IMG/VR virus record: IMGVR_UViG_3300042564_005549
Coordinates: 17,705-81,704 of that record
DNA from: a virus
Strand: one strand, 5' to 3'
DNA length: 64,000 nt
Notes under the pieces: generated by a model
What the model saw: only the letters and a program-made list of their open reading frames with translations
Database searches by the model: none
Told to the model about the DNA's origin: nothing
Position numbers and translations under genes: made by a program
Shown: piece by piece, positions 10,836 through 22,105 of the stretch
Position numbering within the stretch: the first letter of the stretch is position 1
Layout: every line of letters starts with the position of its first letter

Positions 10836-13253
10836 ATGAAAGTTAAAAAGAGGAATGGTGAACTGGAAGAAATGAGATATGACAAAATCACTAAACGTAT
10901 TAGTGCTTTATGTCACGATTTGAATATGGATTATGTTGACCCTACATATATTACATTAAAAGTAACACAGGGAATTTATGATGGAATATCTACAATTGAG
11001 TTAGACAAATTAGCAGCGGAAACCGCGGCACAGATGACATCTACTCACCCCGACTACGCAAAATTAGCGGGTAGAATTTCAGTATCTAATTTACATAAAT
11101 CAACCCCAAAAAAGTTCTCACAATGTATTAAAGAGTTATATTCTTTCATTGAACCAAAAACTGGTAAAGAATCTACTTTAATTTCTGACGAAGTATATGA
11201 GTTCGTAATGGAAAATAAAGAAGTTATCGACGGTGCAATTGATATGAACAGAGATTTGGATTTTGATTATTTCGGATTCAAAACATTAGAACGTTCATAT
11301 CTTTTAAAGATTGGTAATAGAATTGTGGAAAGACCACAATATATGTATATGAGAGTTGCGGTGGGTATTTGCAAAGGAGATGTTGAAATGGCTTTGAGAA
11401 TCTACGATGACTTATCACAACACTTTTATACACACGCCACTCCAACACTATTCAATGCAGGAACACGTAGAGCCCAAATGTCTTCTTGTTTCTTAATTGG
11501 AAACAAAGGTGACGATATCGATGGATTGTTCGATACAATCAAAGACGTTGCAAAGATTTCTAAGTGGGCTGGTGGTATCGGATTACACGTACACGATGTT
11601 CGAGCTAAAGGTTCTTACATTAAAGGAACCGGTGGAGAATCTGATGGTCTAATCCCAATGATGAAAACATATAACGAAGTTGCTCGTTGGATTAACCAAG
11701 GTGGTAAACGTAAAGGTTCGTTCGCAATTTATCTTGAACCTTGGCACGCGGATGTATTTGAATTTATTGATTTGAGAAAGAATCACGGTAAGGAAGAAAT
11801 GAGAGCAAGAGATTTATTCTTGGCTATGTGGACTCCTGATTTATTTATGAAACGTGTGGAAGAGGATGGTGATTGGTCTTTATTCTCACCTGACGAAGCT
11901 CCGGGTTTATCGGATGCATATGATAGTCCTGAAGACAAAGCGTTTACACGTTTATATGAACAATATGAACAAGACGGTAAAGCAAGAAAAGTTATTAAGG
12001 CAAGAAAGTTAATGGATGCAATATTAACTGCACAAATTGAAACAGGAACTCCTTATATGTTGTATAAGGACCCTGCAAACTATAAATCAAATCAAAAGAA
12101 CTTAGGTACAATTAAGTCATCAAACTTATGTACTGAAATACTTGAGTATTCCTCTCCAACAGAACAAGCCGTTTGTAATTTGGCATCAATCGCATTACCT
12201 AAGTATATTCTTAATGGTGAGTTTAACCACGAACTATTGTACGAATATACCTACCAAGTAGTAAAGAACTTGAACAACGTAATCGATTTAAATTTTTATC
12301 CAACCGAAGAAACAAAACGTTCAAATTTCAAACATCGTCCTGTTGGATTAGGAGTTCAAGGATTGGCGGATGTGTTCTGTATGTTGGGTATTCCATTTGA
12401 GAGTGAAGATGCCGATAAATTACAAACTGAGATTTTTGAAACTATCTATTTTGCGGCGTTAACATCGTCAAAAGATTTATCTAAAACTTTTGGTCCATAC
12501 GAGAGTATAGTGGGTTCCCCGATTGAAAAAGGGATATTTCAATATCAGGTATGGGACAAAACAGATAAAGATTTATCAGGTCGTTGGGATTGGAAATCAT
12601 TAAGAAAAGAGGTGGTTAATTACGGTGTTAGAAACTCACTATTAGTTGCTCCAATGCCAACAGCTTCTACTGCACAAATATTAGGTAATAACGAGGCGTT
12701 TGAACCATTCACCACCAATCTTTACCTTAGAAGAACATTAGGTGGAGAATTTGTTGTAATTAACAAACACTTGGTTAATGACCTATTAAAAGTGGGTATG
12801 TGGAATGATAACATCAAAAACAAATTAATTTTTGAAAATGGGTCAGTTCAAAATATTCCTGAAGTACCAACCGAAATAAAAGAGATATATAAAACTGTTT
12901 GGGAAATGTCACAAAAGAGAATTCTTCAAATGGCGGCAAACAGGTCAGTTTTCATTGACCAATCCCAATCTTTGAATTTATTTATTGACAATGTAACCAA
13001 ACCAAAATTATTGGCCGCACATATCTATGGATGGAAATTAGGATTAAAAACGGGTATGTATTATTTAAGAACAAGAGCTGCGGTGGACGCTATCAAAACT
13101 TTAGGTGTTGAAATGTCCGCTCCTCAAAAAGTGGAGACCACCACTCAAAACGTGGATTTACCAACTAAATCTATATTGTTCGAACAAAATGAAACAGCGT
13201 TAAGTATGAAACCTACAGACTCACCATTTGAGTGTGAGGGATGTGGTTCATAA
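10836..13253 (+). CDS. nrdA: Ribonucleotide reductase class Ia alpha subunit with ATP cone
   Basis: N-terminal VKKRNG ATP cone, TPTLFNAG, SNLCTE, PTAST, GMYY and C-terminal CEGCGS. Confidence 0.97.
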   Translation: MKVKKRNGELEEMRYDKITKRISALCHDLNMDYVDPTYITLKVTQGIYDGISTIELDKLAAETAAQMTSTHPDYAKLAGRISVSNLHKSTPKKFSQCIKELYSFIEPKTGKESTLISDEVYEFVMENKEVIDGAIDMNRDLDFDYFGFKTLERSYLLKIGNRIVERPQYMYMRVAVGICKGDVEMALRIYDDLSQHFYTHATPTLFNAGTRRAQMSSCFLIGNKGDDIDGLFDTIKDVAKISKWAGGIGLHVHDVRAKGSYIKGTGGESDGLIPMMKTYNEVARWINQGGKRKGSFAIYLEPWHADVFEFIDLRKNHGKEEMRARDLFLAMWTPDLFMKRVEEDGDWSLFSPDEAPGLSDAYDSPEDKAFTRLYEQYEQDGKARKVIKARKLMDAILTAQIETGTPYMLYKDPANYKSNQKNLGTIKSSNLCTEILEYSSPTEQAVCNLASIALPKYILNGEFNHELLYEYTYQVVKNLNNVIDLNFYPTEETKRSNFKHRPVGLGVQGLADVFCMLGIPFESEDADKLQTEIFETIYFAALTSSKDLSKTFGPYESIVGSPIEKGIFQYQVWDKTDKDLSGRWDWKSLRKEVVNYGVRNSLLVAPMPTASTAQILGNNEAFEPFTTNLYLRRTLGGEFVVINKHLVNDLLKVGMWNDNIKNKLIFENGSVQNIPEVPTEIKEIYKTVWEMSQKRILQMAANRSVFIDQSQSLNLFIDNVTKPKLLAAHIYGWKLGLKTGMYYLRTRAAVDAIKTLGVEMSAPQKVETTTQNVDLPTKSILFEQNETALSMKPTDSPFECEGCGS

Positions 13254-13261
13254 AAAATAAT

Positions 13262-13347
13262 GGGAGACTCCCTCAAAGTATGACTGTCGACAAGGCGTAC
13301 CTTGGTCTTCCAGGTTTTGAGAATACAGGGGGTGAATATCAAGACAC
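13262..13347 (+). ncRNA. Candidate structured RNA downstream of nrdA
   Basis: GC-richer intergenic segment with several complementary pairs (actccct/agggggt, ctcaaa/tttgag, caagg/ccttg, gtctt/aagac) just before a terminator. Confidence 0.4.
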
Positions 13348-13353
13348 TACATT

Positions 13354-13379
13354 AAAACCCATCTTCGGATGGGTTTTTT
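13354..13379 (+). terminator. Rho-independent terminator with cUUCGg loop
   Basis: aaaacccatc-ttcg-gatgggtttttt. Confidence 0.85.
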
Positions 13380-13416
13380 ATTTATTACCATTTTGTATTA
13401 GTTTATATTTATTGAT

Positions 13417-13872
13417 ATGGCGACAACATCATACGGAATTGATTATCCATTTAGGGATAGTAGATACGGAGATTACTTAAAAACAACGGAATCTCCACAA
13501 AGAGAAGTGAGAGCGAATATCATACACCTACTCCTAACGAGAAAGGGTACAAGATATTATTTACCCGATTTTGGAACAAGACTATATGAGTATATTTTTG
13601 AACAAAATGATGTGGTTACATTCAACCATATAGAAGAGGAGATAAGAGAAGGAATTAGGAAATTTATCCCTAATGTGGAGATTAAATCCTTAAACATTAT
13701 GTCTGCAGAAAATGACCCTGACGAAACAAAAACATATAGTGAGGATGAGGACGAAAGATTATTTAGAGTTTCGGATTACTCAAGTAAACCATACACCGCA
13801 AAGGTGAAACTTGAATATACAGTAAATAACGGAGCATTTTCGGTATCAGACTTTATAATTATTAACATATAA
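13417..13872 (+). CDS. Baseplate protein gp25-like
   Basis: LLLTRKG.R...PDFGT.L..YIFE motif. Confidence 0.9.
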   Translation: MATTSYGIDYPFRDSRYGDYLKTTESPQREVRANIIHLLLTRKGTRYYLPDFGTRLYEYIFEQNDVVTFNHIEEEIREGIRKFIPNVEIKSLNIMSAENDPDETKTYSEDEDERLFRVSDYSSKPYTAKVKLEYTVNNGAFSVSDFIIINI

Positions 13873-13873
13873 G

Positions 13874-15703
13874 ATGGCTAAAGAAATATCATACGCAACG
13901 AGGGATTTTGCCGGTTTAAGAGACGAATTAGTTTCACTAACCAAAAAATATTACCCTGAATTAATAAGTAACTTCAACGATGCATCGATTTACTCGGTGT
14001 TACTTGATTTAAACGCTGCGGTTGCAGATAACTTACACTTTCACATTGATAGGGTTTGGCAAGAAACAATGTTGGATTTTGCACAACAAAGACAATCATT
14101 ATTTCATATTGCAAAAACATATGGTATTAGATTACCCGGTTTAAGACCATCAGTTGCTTTGTGTGATTTCTCAATTAATGTACCTGTAAGAGGTGATAAA
14201 GACGATGAGAGATATGAAGGTATATTGAAAGCCGGTGCTCAAGTTTCAGGAGGAGGACAAATATTTGAAACATTGGAAGACATCGATTTCTCAAATCCTT
14301 TCAACAGTAAGGGTGAACCTAACAGATTAAAGATTCCTAATTTTGATAATAACAGTAAGTTAATATCATATACGATTACAAAAAGAGAGGCGGTAGTTAA
14401 TGGTACCACAAAAATATTCAGAAGAGTAATTAACGATGTTGACCAAAAACCGTTCTTAAAACTTTATCTACCTGAAAAGAATGTGTTAGGTGTTGTGGGA
14501 ATGATTCATAAATCAGGAACCAATTATGTTACCAACCCAACGTATGATGAATTTTCAACAGGTAATAAATGGTATGAGGTGAAATCATTAATGGAAGATA
14601 GAGTTTTTATCGAAGACCCGACAACCATTTCAGATACGGACAATTTTAAATCAGGTGATTATCTTAGAGTAGATAATAAATTTATCACAGAATACACACC
14701 TGAAGGATATTTCAATATCACTTTCGGTTCAGGAAATGTTGACCCAATGGATAATTTGGACAACTATATGAACGGAACAATGAAGGTTAATATTGCAACT
14801 TTCCTAAATAATAACTCATTAGGAAATATTCCGAGAGCAAATACCACGTTATTCATCAAATATCGTGTAGGTGGGGGTAAAGAATCGAATTTAGGAGTTA
14901 ATGTAATCACATCTGTAGATACAATTGATTTTGCTTTAAACGGTCCAAATTCAACAATAAACGACCAAGTTTATCAATCATTAAGAGTTACCAATATTAC
15001 ACCGGCAGTTGGTGGAGCAGATTCCCCAACAATCGAGGAAATTAGAAATATGGTTGCGTATAATTTCGCAGCACAAAATAGAGCGGTTACATTAAACGAC
15101 TACAAATCTTTGATTGAGACAATGCCATCAACATACGGAGCACCTGCGAAGGTTAGTGTGATGGAAGAAGATAACAAAGTAAGAATCAAATTATTATCAT
15201 ACGATAGTGATGGTAACTTAACTGACATTGTTTCTAACACATTAAAGAATAACGTATTAAATTATTTGGCTAAGTTTAGAATGTTGAATGACTTCTTAGA
15301 CATTATGAGTGGTGAGGTCATTGATTTAGGTTTAGAAATTGACTTGGTAGTTAACAAAAACGAAAGTCAAAGTGATGTACTTAAAGAAACAGTTAATACG
15401 GTTACAAGTTTCTTCGCAATTGACAAACGTAAAATGGGTGACCCATTATTCGTAGGTGATTTAATGAGAGAAGTTGGTAATGTTACAGGAGTAGTAAACG
15501 TTGTTGAAATCAGAGTCTTTAATAAAATTGGAGGGAAATATTCATCTGCTGAGATATCTCAAGCGTACAAAGATGACATAACTAAAGAGATTTTACAGTT
15601 TGATTCTACCATATATATGAAATCAAATCAAATCTGTCAAATTAGGTTCCCACAATCAGATATTAAAGTTAGGGTAAAAACTTTAACTTCGGCTACATAT
15701 TAA
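13874..15703 (+). CDS. Baseplate wedge subunit (T4 gp6 / baseplate J-like)
   Basis: RDF..LR..L, I.FG.G, YRVGGG..SN, GGAD...IEEIR and QNRAVT..DY motifs; follows gp25. Confidence 0.88.
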   Translation: MAKEISYATRDFAGLRDELVSLTKKYYPELISNFNDASIYSVLLDLNAAVADNLHFHIDRVWQETMLDFAQQRQSLFHIAKTYGIRLPGLRPSVALCDFSINVPVRGDKDDERYEGILKAGAQVSGGGQIFETLEDIDFSNPFNSKGEPNRLKIPNFDNNSKLISYTITKREAVVNGTTKIFRRVINDVDQKPFLKLYLPEKNVLGVVGMIHKSGTNYVTNPTYDEFSTGNKWYEVKSLMEDRVFIEDPTTISDTDNFKSGDYLRVDNKFITEYTPEGYFNITFGSGNVDPMDNLDNYMNGTMKVNIATFLNNNSLGNIPRANTTLFIKYRVGGGKESNLGVNVITSVDTIDFALNGPNSTINDQVYQSLRVTNITPAVGGADSPTIEEIRNMVAYNFAAQNRAVTLNDYKSLIETMPSTYGAPAKVSVMEEDNKVRIKLLSYDSDGNLTDIVSNTLKNNVLNYLAKFRMLNDFLDIMSGEVIDLGLEIDLVVNKNESQSDVLKETVNTVTSFFAIDKRKMGDPLFVGDLMREVGNVTGVVNVVEIRVFNKIGGKYSSAEISQAYKDDITKEILQFDSTIYMKSNQICQIRFPQSDIKVRVKTLTSATY

Positions 15704-15756
15704 TTTGTTTTTTAGTTATCTTATAAGAAAATCATTGAGTTTCTATTTATTATAAG

Positions 15757-18700
15757 ATGATACAAAAACATAGAATTCATACAAACATAGGGGAAGACCA
15801 ATACATTAAATTCGAAGTCAAACAAGATTTCGATTTATTGGAGGTATTGTCGTTAAAATTATCCCAAAGAGACGTATACACTTCGTTGTGTGCGGATTAT
15901 GGTGTTGTTTGTGGTAGACTTACTGTAAACAACGGATTCGGTGTTCCAAACGCAAGAGTTTCCATTTTTATTCCATTAGACGACGACGATGTTAACGACC
16001 CGGTAATATCAGCATTATATCCATACACAGAAGTAACCGATAAAGACGATAATCATTATCGTTATAATTTATTACCCGCAAGAAAACAACATAGTGGTCA
16101 CGCGGCGACGGGTACATTCCCCGACCAAACTGATATCTTAGATAGAGAAGAGGTTTTGGAGGTATATGAAAAATACTACAAATACACTGTAAAAACGAAT
16201 AGTGCTGGTGACTTTATGATTTGGGGAGTTCCTCTTGGAGAACAAATCATTGTATGTGATGTTGACTTGTCAGACATTAGTTGTTTTTCACTAAGACCGG
16301 ACGATTACCTAAGAAAAGGTTTTGGATTAGAAGAATTCCAATCAACATATGAGTTTAAAGCTAGTGTTGATATTGACTCACTTCCACAAATTAAAACATT
16401 CAAAAAAACAATTGAAGTTTATCCTTTTTGGGGTTCAGAAGATTTATGTGAGATTGGTTTAACAAGAACCGATTTTGATTTATCCGACCAAGGAGTTAAG
16501 ATAGAACCAAAGGCTTATCTGATTGGTGGAACATATACAGATGGAAGACCAGGACTTAAGGCAAACTGTAGTGTTAAAAGAGATAGTAACAAAAAATGTG
16601 ATTTAACAACTAAGGCAGGTAAAATCGAAATGATTAGAATGACCGCCGAGTATGATGAAAATAACAGACCAAAATTAGAATTATATGATGTAAAAGAAGA
16701 TATCTTAGATGACGGTTCATTTATTGTTTCGTTACCTATGAATATGGACTTTGTTTATACAAATGAATTTGGTGAGAATGAATATTCAAACGACCCAAAT
16801 AAAGGTATACCAACATCAGGTTGTTATCGTTTTAAATTCAAAACATTACAAGAAGGAACTGCAGAATTTTTAGTACCTAATATTAGAGAATACACAACAA
16901 ATGTGGATAAGTCATATGCTTGGTCTACATTGTATGATGATTATCCTTCAGAATCTTTGAGTTTAATTTTGAACACATCTGATGGATTTTACACACCCCA
17001 AGATTATTTTTATAGGTTTACCTACAATAAAGTTTTTACGGTGTCATCATTTCATAATTCATTCTTTAAAAATTCTTTGTCTACATTATCGGGACAATTA
17101 TTAGGACTAAAAGAATTAGCACCACCAAAAGAATCAGATTGTGAAAATGCTATCGTTACTCCACCGGTTAACTTTGGTTTTAGAAATTATACAATTAAGT
17201 TATTAATTGCAGATATATTATTGTTCTTTGAACAATTATCAACAGTTTCTGGTTTTATATTTAATAATTCAGTAGCAAAAATATTTCATAGATTTTCAGA
17301 TGCGACTAATTTCTGGCCGATTAAATCAGTTAGTAGAGCATTAAGAAGATACGCTTATGGCATTCAAGATTCGGGACAAAGAGAATTATTTTTAATTGAT
17401 TTTCCTTCTTGTCTTGAATGTAATAAAGATAATGAATACGGTACCGTCGGTGGTTTAGGTAACTCAGTAGATTTTTGTGAAGTCGGTACAGTTACAATTC
17501 AAGGTACTTCAGTAGAATCCCCAAGAACAGTAATTGCAACAAATTTTGTATTTAATAACCCAGACCCAGTTACTTGTTCGGGAGCAACTACACCTGCAGA
17601 TTTAACTTACTTTATAAATAATCAAACAAATTATATTTTAACAACAGGAAGTAATGGAGTTCTTTTAACAGGAACAACAATTTTTACTTCGGGAGCTACG
17701 ATTACATTTAATGACACATTAGGTATGTTTAACGAAAGTATAACATATAGTGCAGTTATTAGAGATAAAAATGCGTCAACTGTAGGTTCAGAACAATTAG
17801 CTGCGTTAGAAGAAGGATGTGCACTTTATGATACACCATATGATGAAGCGTTAGTTCAAAAATATTACATAGTACCAAATAGAACTGAAATATTACCAAC
17901 GTCATATACTGCAGGAATGGATGTAATGGCAACATTAATATCTGACGTGGATTCGAGCAATAAACCATTACCGGCATCATACGATGGAGAAACGTACACA
18001 CCAAGAACGACATCAGGTCAATCTGAATTTAGTAATGGAATATTTGCAATGATTCCTGGTACTATGACGAATAGAAGAGTTGTTGCGATTATGAAAGAAT
18101 ATAGAAGACGTAGACGTATGGCTAAGTTATTCTGTTCGGGAGTTGTGAATTATTCTTTCGTTGATAATTGGTTATCAGGTTCACTTTATTTTATTTCATT
18201 TGAGACTCAAAAAAGATTTTTATTTTGGACAAAATCTGCGTGTTGTGAGAACATCATTAAGAGAGTCACACAAAAAAACATAAAAACAAATGAAAATGAA
18301 CCTCATTATTACTATAGAAGCACAACTTATAATAATGGTACAGGTGAATGGGGTGTAGCATTTAACGGTTCGAAAAAAAGATTAAATAGACCAACAACAA
18401 TAGTTGATTTAGGACCAAGAGATGAATTCATTAGAGAAATTTGTGTGGACCCTAATTTAGACCCTAACTGCTCAGTATCGAGAGAAATAGGTCCATCATC
18501 ATTTAAAGATTTTGGAGAAATTCTTGGTATGGCGATTAACTATAGAATGGATGTTAGTAACTCGAATTTTGACGTTAGAAACTTTTTCGATAACAATGGA
18601 TTTTATTCTAACGGAATTAGAAGTGCGTTAGACGGTGATTTATTACAATTAATATCAATCAACAGTGAAGTCGGTATTGAACAATTCGATTTACAAAGTC

Positions 18701-19500
18701 CGAAATACATTGGTTACAGTTATCAAATATTAGACCCTGAATTATATCCGGATGTTTTCAAAAAGAATAACGTATGGGGACCGTTACCAATAACTATGGA
18801 ATTTTCTGAAGATGGTGAAAGAGTTCGTGCGTGTTTAAATGAACCAACACATATTGCAAATGACGGAGTTACACAAGTTCAAGGTAGATTAACTGAATCG
18901 TCACAACCGGTACCGTTCTTTTTATGGGATAAGAAAGGAACAGGATTTGGGGCATATAATACAGAAACATTAGATGACCAATCTTGGGACATTGTTAACG
19001 TTCAAGTACAACCATTACAGGGTATGACATATGCGTATAATGTAACAGGTTCAACAGACGATTCATCCGACAAATACTTGTTATTACCAATCACATATGA
19101 TTTCACAGGCACATCAGTATCAACATTGAATGTTGTGGATGACGAAGGTTTCGCTTACGATGCGGTAATATCAGGAATTACAGGAAACGAATACCATCAG
19201 TATGATTCACAATATCCTGGTTACACAGTTTTACAAGTAACATCGGGAACTTTAGGTAATCCATCGGCGGGTATGTTATATACTCGTTATGGTAATGCGG
19301 GAACTTGGAACGGTATCCCTTGGACAACATCAACCGATTTCTTTATTAGAAGAACACAAGATTATTATAACGGAACTAAACAAATACTGTCAACACCATT
19401 TATGTTCCACTTTGGATTAAGACCGGGTAAAACAGGTCTTGATAAATTTATTGATAGGTTCGGACCTAAAGGTGCATTTAAATCATCGAACTTGACATAA
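15757..19500 (+). CDS. Large virion structural protein (baseplate/tail block)
   Basis: 1247-aa ORF with a TATTTAT motif upstream; N-terminal GVVCGR....GFGVPNARVS beta-sandwich-like segment; Cys-rich. Confidence 0.65.
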   Translation: MIQKHRIHTNIGEDQYIKFEVKQDFDLLEVLSLKLSQRDVYTSLCADYGVVCGRLTVNNGFGVPNARVSIFIPLDDDDVNDPVISALYPYTEVTDKDDNHYRYNLLPARKQHSGHAATGTFPDQTDILDREEVLEVYEKYYKYTVKTNSAGDFMIWGVPLGEQIIVCDVDLSDISCFSLRPDDYLRKGFGLEEFQSTYEFKASVDIDSLPQIKTFKKTIEVYPFWGSEDLCEIGLTRTDFDLSDQGVKIEPKAYLIGGTYTDGRPGLKANCSVKRDSNKKCDLTTKAGKIEMIRMTAEYDENNRPKLELYDVKEDILDDGSFIVSLPMNMDFVYTNEFGENEYSNDPNKGIPTSGCYRFKFKTLQEGTAEFLVPNIREYTTNVDKSYAWSTLYDDYPSESLSLILNTSDGFYTPQDYFYRFTYNKVFTVSSFHNSFFKNSLSTLSGQLLGLKELAPPKESDCENAIVTPPVNFGFRNYTIKLLIADILLFFEQLSTVSGFIFNNSVAKIFHRFSDATNFWPIKSVSRALRRYAYGIQDSGQRELFLIDFPSCLECNKDNEYGTVGGLGNSVDFCEVGTVTIQGTSVESPRTVIATNFVFNNPDPVTCSGATTPADLTYFINNQTNYILTTGSNGVLLTGTTIFTSGATITFNDTLGMFNESITYSAVIRDKNASTVGSEQLAALEEGCALYDTPYDEALVQKYYIVPNRTEILPTSYTAGMDVMATLISDVDSSNKPLPASYDGETYTPRTTSGQSEFSNGIFAMIPGTMTNRRVVAIMKEYRRRRRMAKLFCSGVVNYSFVDNWLSGSLYFISFETQKRFLFWTKSACCENIIKRVTQKNIKTNENEPHYYYRSTTYNNGTGEWGVAFNGSKKRLNRPTTIVDLGPRDEFIREICVDPNLDPNCSVSREIGPSSFKDFGEILGMAINYRMDVSNSNFDVRNFFDNNGFYSNGIRSALDGDLLQLISINSEVGIEQFDLQSPKYIGYSYQILDPELYPDVFKKNNVWGPLPITMEFSEDGERVRACLNEPTHIANDGVTQVQGRLTESSQPVPFFLWDKKGTGFGAYNTETLDDQSWDIVNVQVQPLQGMTYAYNVTGSTDDSSDKYLLLPITYDFTGTSVSTLNVVDDEGFAYDAVISGITGNEYHQYDSQYPGYTVLQVTSGTLGNPSAGMLYTRYGNAGTWNGIPWTTSTDFFIRRTQDYYNGTKQILSTPFMFHFGLRPGKTGLDKFIDRFGPKGAFKSSNLT

Positions 19501-21299
19501 TGGAAAAAAGAAAAATTATATTACCAGAGAAGAGGTATCATAAAGCATCTTCAGAAGACCAAATCCTCCAAATAAATTTTGAAGAGGGTAAGAGTTTATT
19601 AACAAACGACGACAGAGATGTTATTTTGGACATAAATGAGTTATTCGGTCAAGAGAGAAACGATAGTAAAAGATATAAATTATATGGTAAACTAAAAGTT
19701 GTATTTAGAAATATGTACAGTGGGTTATCAAGTTACTTACCATTGTCAGAAGAATTGGCATTGGTTGGTGACGGAGATGACGGTGAATTTGATGGGTACT
19801 TACCATACAATGAATTTGCTTTTTTAAGAAATGATGTGTATCGAGAAAAGTCTAACGATATCGATGTTGCAGATTTAAGTACGTTCACGGGAATTACAGT
19901 AACAAAAACAGGTGACATTACACACCAATTGATTACACCGATGAATGCTCCTTATCACAATTGGAATTTATACGTATCATACGTTTATGACCACGATGAA
20001 AGTTATCCGATGAAGTACACGTTGTCAGGAAACACAACGATGAGTTTTGTGAGTGGAGATGGTATTCCTTTTAGAATTTCAGATAACAACGCAAGTTATA
20101 GATTAACAAGCCCTGTTGACCACGGAATGAGTGAAGGTGAATATGTTATACTTGGAGGTTACCCATATTATATTAATTCTATCGGTAATGAATATTATAA
20201 TTCAGAACTATATGTTTTAGATATTTTAAAATCACAAATACCTTCAGGAACAACAACATTCAACAATACGTTAGTAACAGGTAAAAGATGTATTGATACA
20301 AAAAATATATCAGGAACCACATCAACATATTATGTTCATAAACATAAAACCGCAACTAATACTAACGATTATATTTTAGATAAAGCAGGATTTGAAAGTC
20401 CGATTTTTGAAGATGAGAGAAAATTAGTATTTGAAAATATATCAGGAACTAATGATGTATTAGTTGAGAGAAATAGAATGGAGGCCGTTCTTTATGATTT
20501 TAAAGAACCCTTTGTATTAACAGGATTAACAAATAATTTAAATTATGAACCAACTGATTTATATCTATCGGTTTTATTTAGAAATGGAAACGGGTATTTT
20601 GATTACCCACCTAAAGTAGGTTGGAAATTTAATTTACACAATACTTGGATTGATAACCATTTTAATGGTTCAAATAAATCATTACCTCCATATGAAACAG
20701 GTATGGGTACAGGTACACAATTTGTAAAAAGTGGAATCACATTTACAAGCGGTAGTACATTACCAGTTGGTACTGTATTAACAGGTGCTTTTATAGAATA
20801 TAGTCCTTCACAAATTAAAGAAAGGGTAATATCGGAATCGATGTATAGGTTATCAAATCCTACAAATATTTTTAATTATAATCAATCAGTAACAGTTGAA
20901 GGATTTAGTGGAGCAACATCTACAAATATGTATGGTGTAATTTATCAACCACATTATAGAGTTAAAATTAGAGAGTTGTCACCATACGTCGAGGCGTCAT
21001 CAACGGCAGATATAGATAATCTACCACAAAACGCAAGATTTTTTCCATTCGAGAATGTATGGAAATGGAGAGACGTCTATGATTATGGATACACAGATGA
21101 TTTAGGATATGGAGTTGACTATCCGTTTTTAAATAATACACATTATGTAAGAACCGATATTAATTTCTATATGAGAAATGAAAAAAATTATCAACATAAA
21201 GCTGATGGAATTTTTGATTTCAACGGATTTATCAATAGATATAATAATAAAAATAATAGATTGGATAGAAATAATTCAAACACAAGTAAAAACTGTTAA
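19500..21299 (+). CDS. Putative virion structural protein
   Basis: 599 aa; start overlaps the upstream stop (TAATG); rich in [ST]G.T. Confidence 0.65.
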   Translation: MEKRKIILPEKRYHKASSEDQILQINFEEGKSLLTNDDRDVILDINELFGQERNDSKRYKLYGKLKVVFRNMYSGLSSYLPLSEELALVGDGDDGEFDGYLPYNEFAFLRNDVYREKSNDIDVADLSTFTGITVTKTGDITHQLITPMNAPYHNWNLYVSYVYDHDESYPMKYTLSGNTTMSFVSGDGIPFRISDNNASYRLTSPVDHGMSEGEYVILGGYPYYINSIGNEYYNSELYVLDILKSQIPSGTTTFNNTLVTGKRCIDTKNISGTTSTYYVHKHKTATNTNDYILDKAGFESPIFEDERKLVFENISGTNDVLVERNRMEAVLYDFKEPFVLTGLTNNLNYEPTDLYLSVLFRNGNGYFDYPPKVGWKFNLHNTWIDNHFNGSNKSLPPYETGMGTGTQFVKSGITFTSGSTLPVGTVLTGAFIEYSPSQIKERVISESMYRLSNPTNIFNYNQSVTVEGFSGATSTNMYGVIYQPHYRVKIRELSPYVEASSTADIDNLPQNARFFPFENVWKWRDVYDYGYTDDLGYGVDYPFLNNTHYVRTDINFYMRNEKNYQHKADGIFDFNGFINRYNNKNNRLDRNNSNTSKNC

Positions 21300-22105
21300 T
21301 GAAAGTTTTAAAAAATATTAGAGATGGTATAGTCTTAAATTTAGAATCCAACTTCAAACCAGATTTAGGTAGAGAAGAGGCGTTAGAACAATTTGAGAAC
21401 GAAACCATAAGAACCATTATCAATCCTGCGGAAAATTACGAAACGATGAGGTATATTCATAAACCTTATTCGGGTATCACTTCAAACCCAACGGACACTC
21501 AATCAGATATTTGGTTTTATTTTTATTTCTATAATCAAAGTGGAACTCACGTTGGTGGTTTAGATTATTCTTTAATTGGTATTGACCATATCGAGAATGC
21601 TAAACAACTTAGACAAACTACTAAAACATTTTTTAGATTAGAATTTTTTATGGTTCCTGATGGTGAAGTTCCCGATAGAACAAATAGAAAATTAGTATTT
21701 GCTAAAAATCTTTCATTACCACTTGGAGAAAAAGTTTTTTACACCGGATTTAACGATTACATAAGTGTACCCATTTTTAATGGTTCAAATTATAGAAACA
21801 AAGAAAATATGTATCTGTTTTGGTTCCAAGAGGATGACGCATTTGTCGGTACTATGTTAACGGGTACAACTTTTTATATGACTGCAAGATTTTTTAATGG
21901 AGAAGACGGAACTGTTTTAAACTTTTCAAACACATCTTTATCCACTAACACTTCAGTTTTGGAGTATAGAGATTTATATTATAAGGTAACGATAGACAGG
22001 TCAGATTATTCATATCAAGTATTCAGATATTCAGGAACTACAGGAACAAGAATCGGAGAATCGGGTGACCCCATAAAATTTTATGAAATAGTATCTGGAG
22101 GATAA
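21299..22105 (+). CDS. Putative virion structural protein
   Basis: 268 aa; TAATG coupling within the structural operon. Confidence 0.65.
   Translation: MKVLKNIRDGIVLNLESNFKPDLGREEALEQFENETIRTIINPAENYETMRYIHKPYSGITSNPTDTQSDIWFYFYFYNQSGTHVGGLDYSLIGIDHIENAKQLRQTTKTFFRLEFFMVPDGEVPDRTNRKLVFAKNLSLPLGEKVFYTGFNDYISVPIFNGSNYRNKENMYLFWFQEDDAFVGTMLTGTTFYMTARFFNGEDGTVLNFSNTSLSTNTSVLEYRDLYYKVTIDRSDYSYQVFRYSGTTGTRIGESGDPIKFYEIVSGG

Noticed and set aside
8439-13253. Inteins or introns in the helicase or ribonucleotide reductase
   Set aside because: Lengths and motif spacing are normal, and no insertions are visible.
13241-13480. 79-aa ORF bridging nrdA and gp25
   Set aside because: It runs through a strong terminator, overlaps both neighbours and has no protein-like features.
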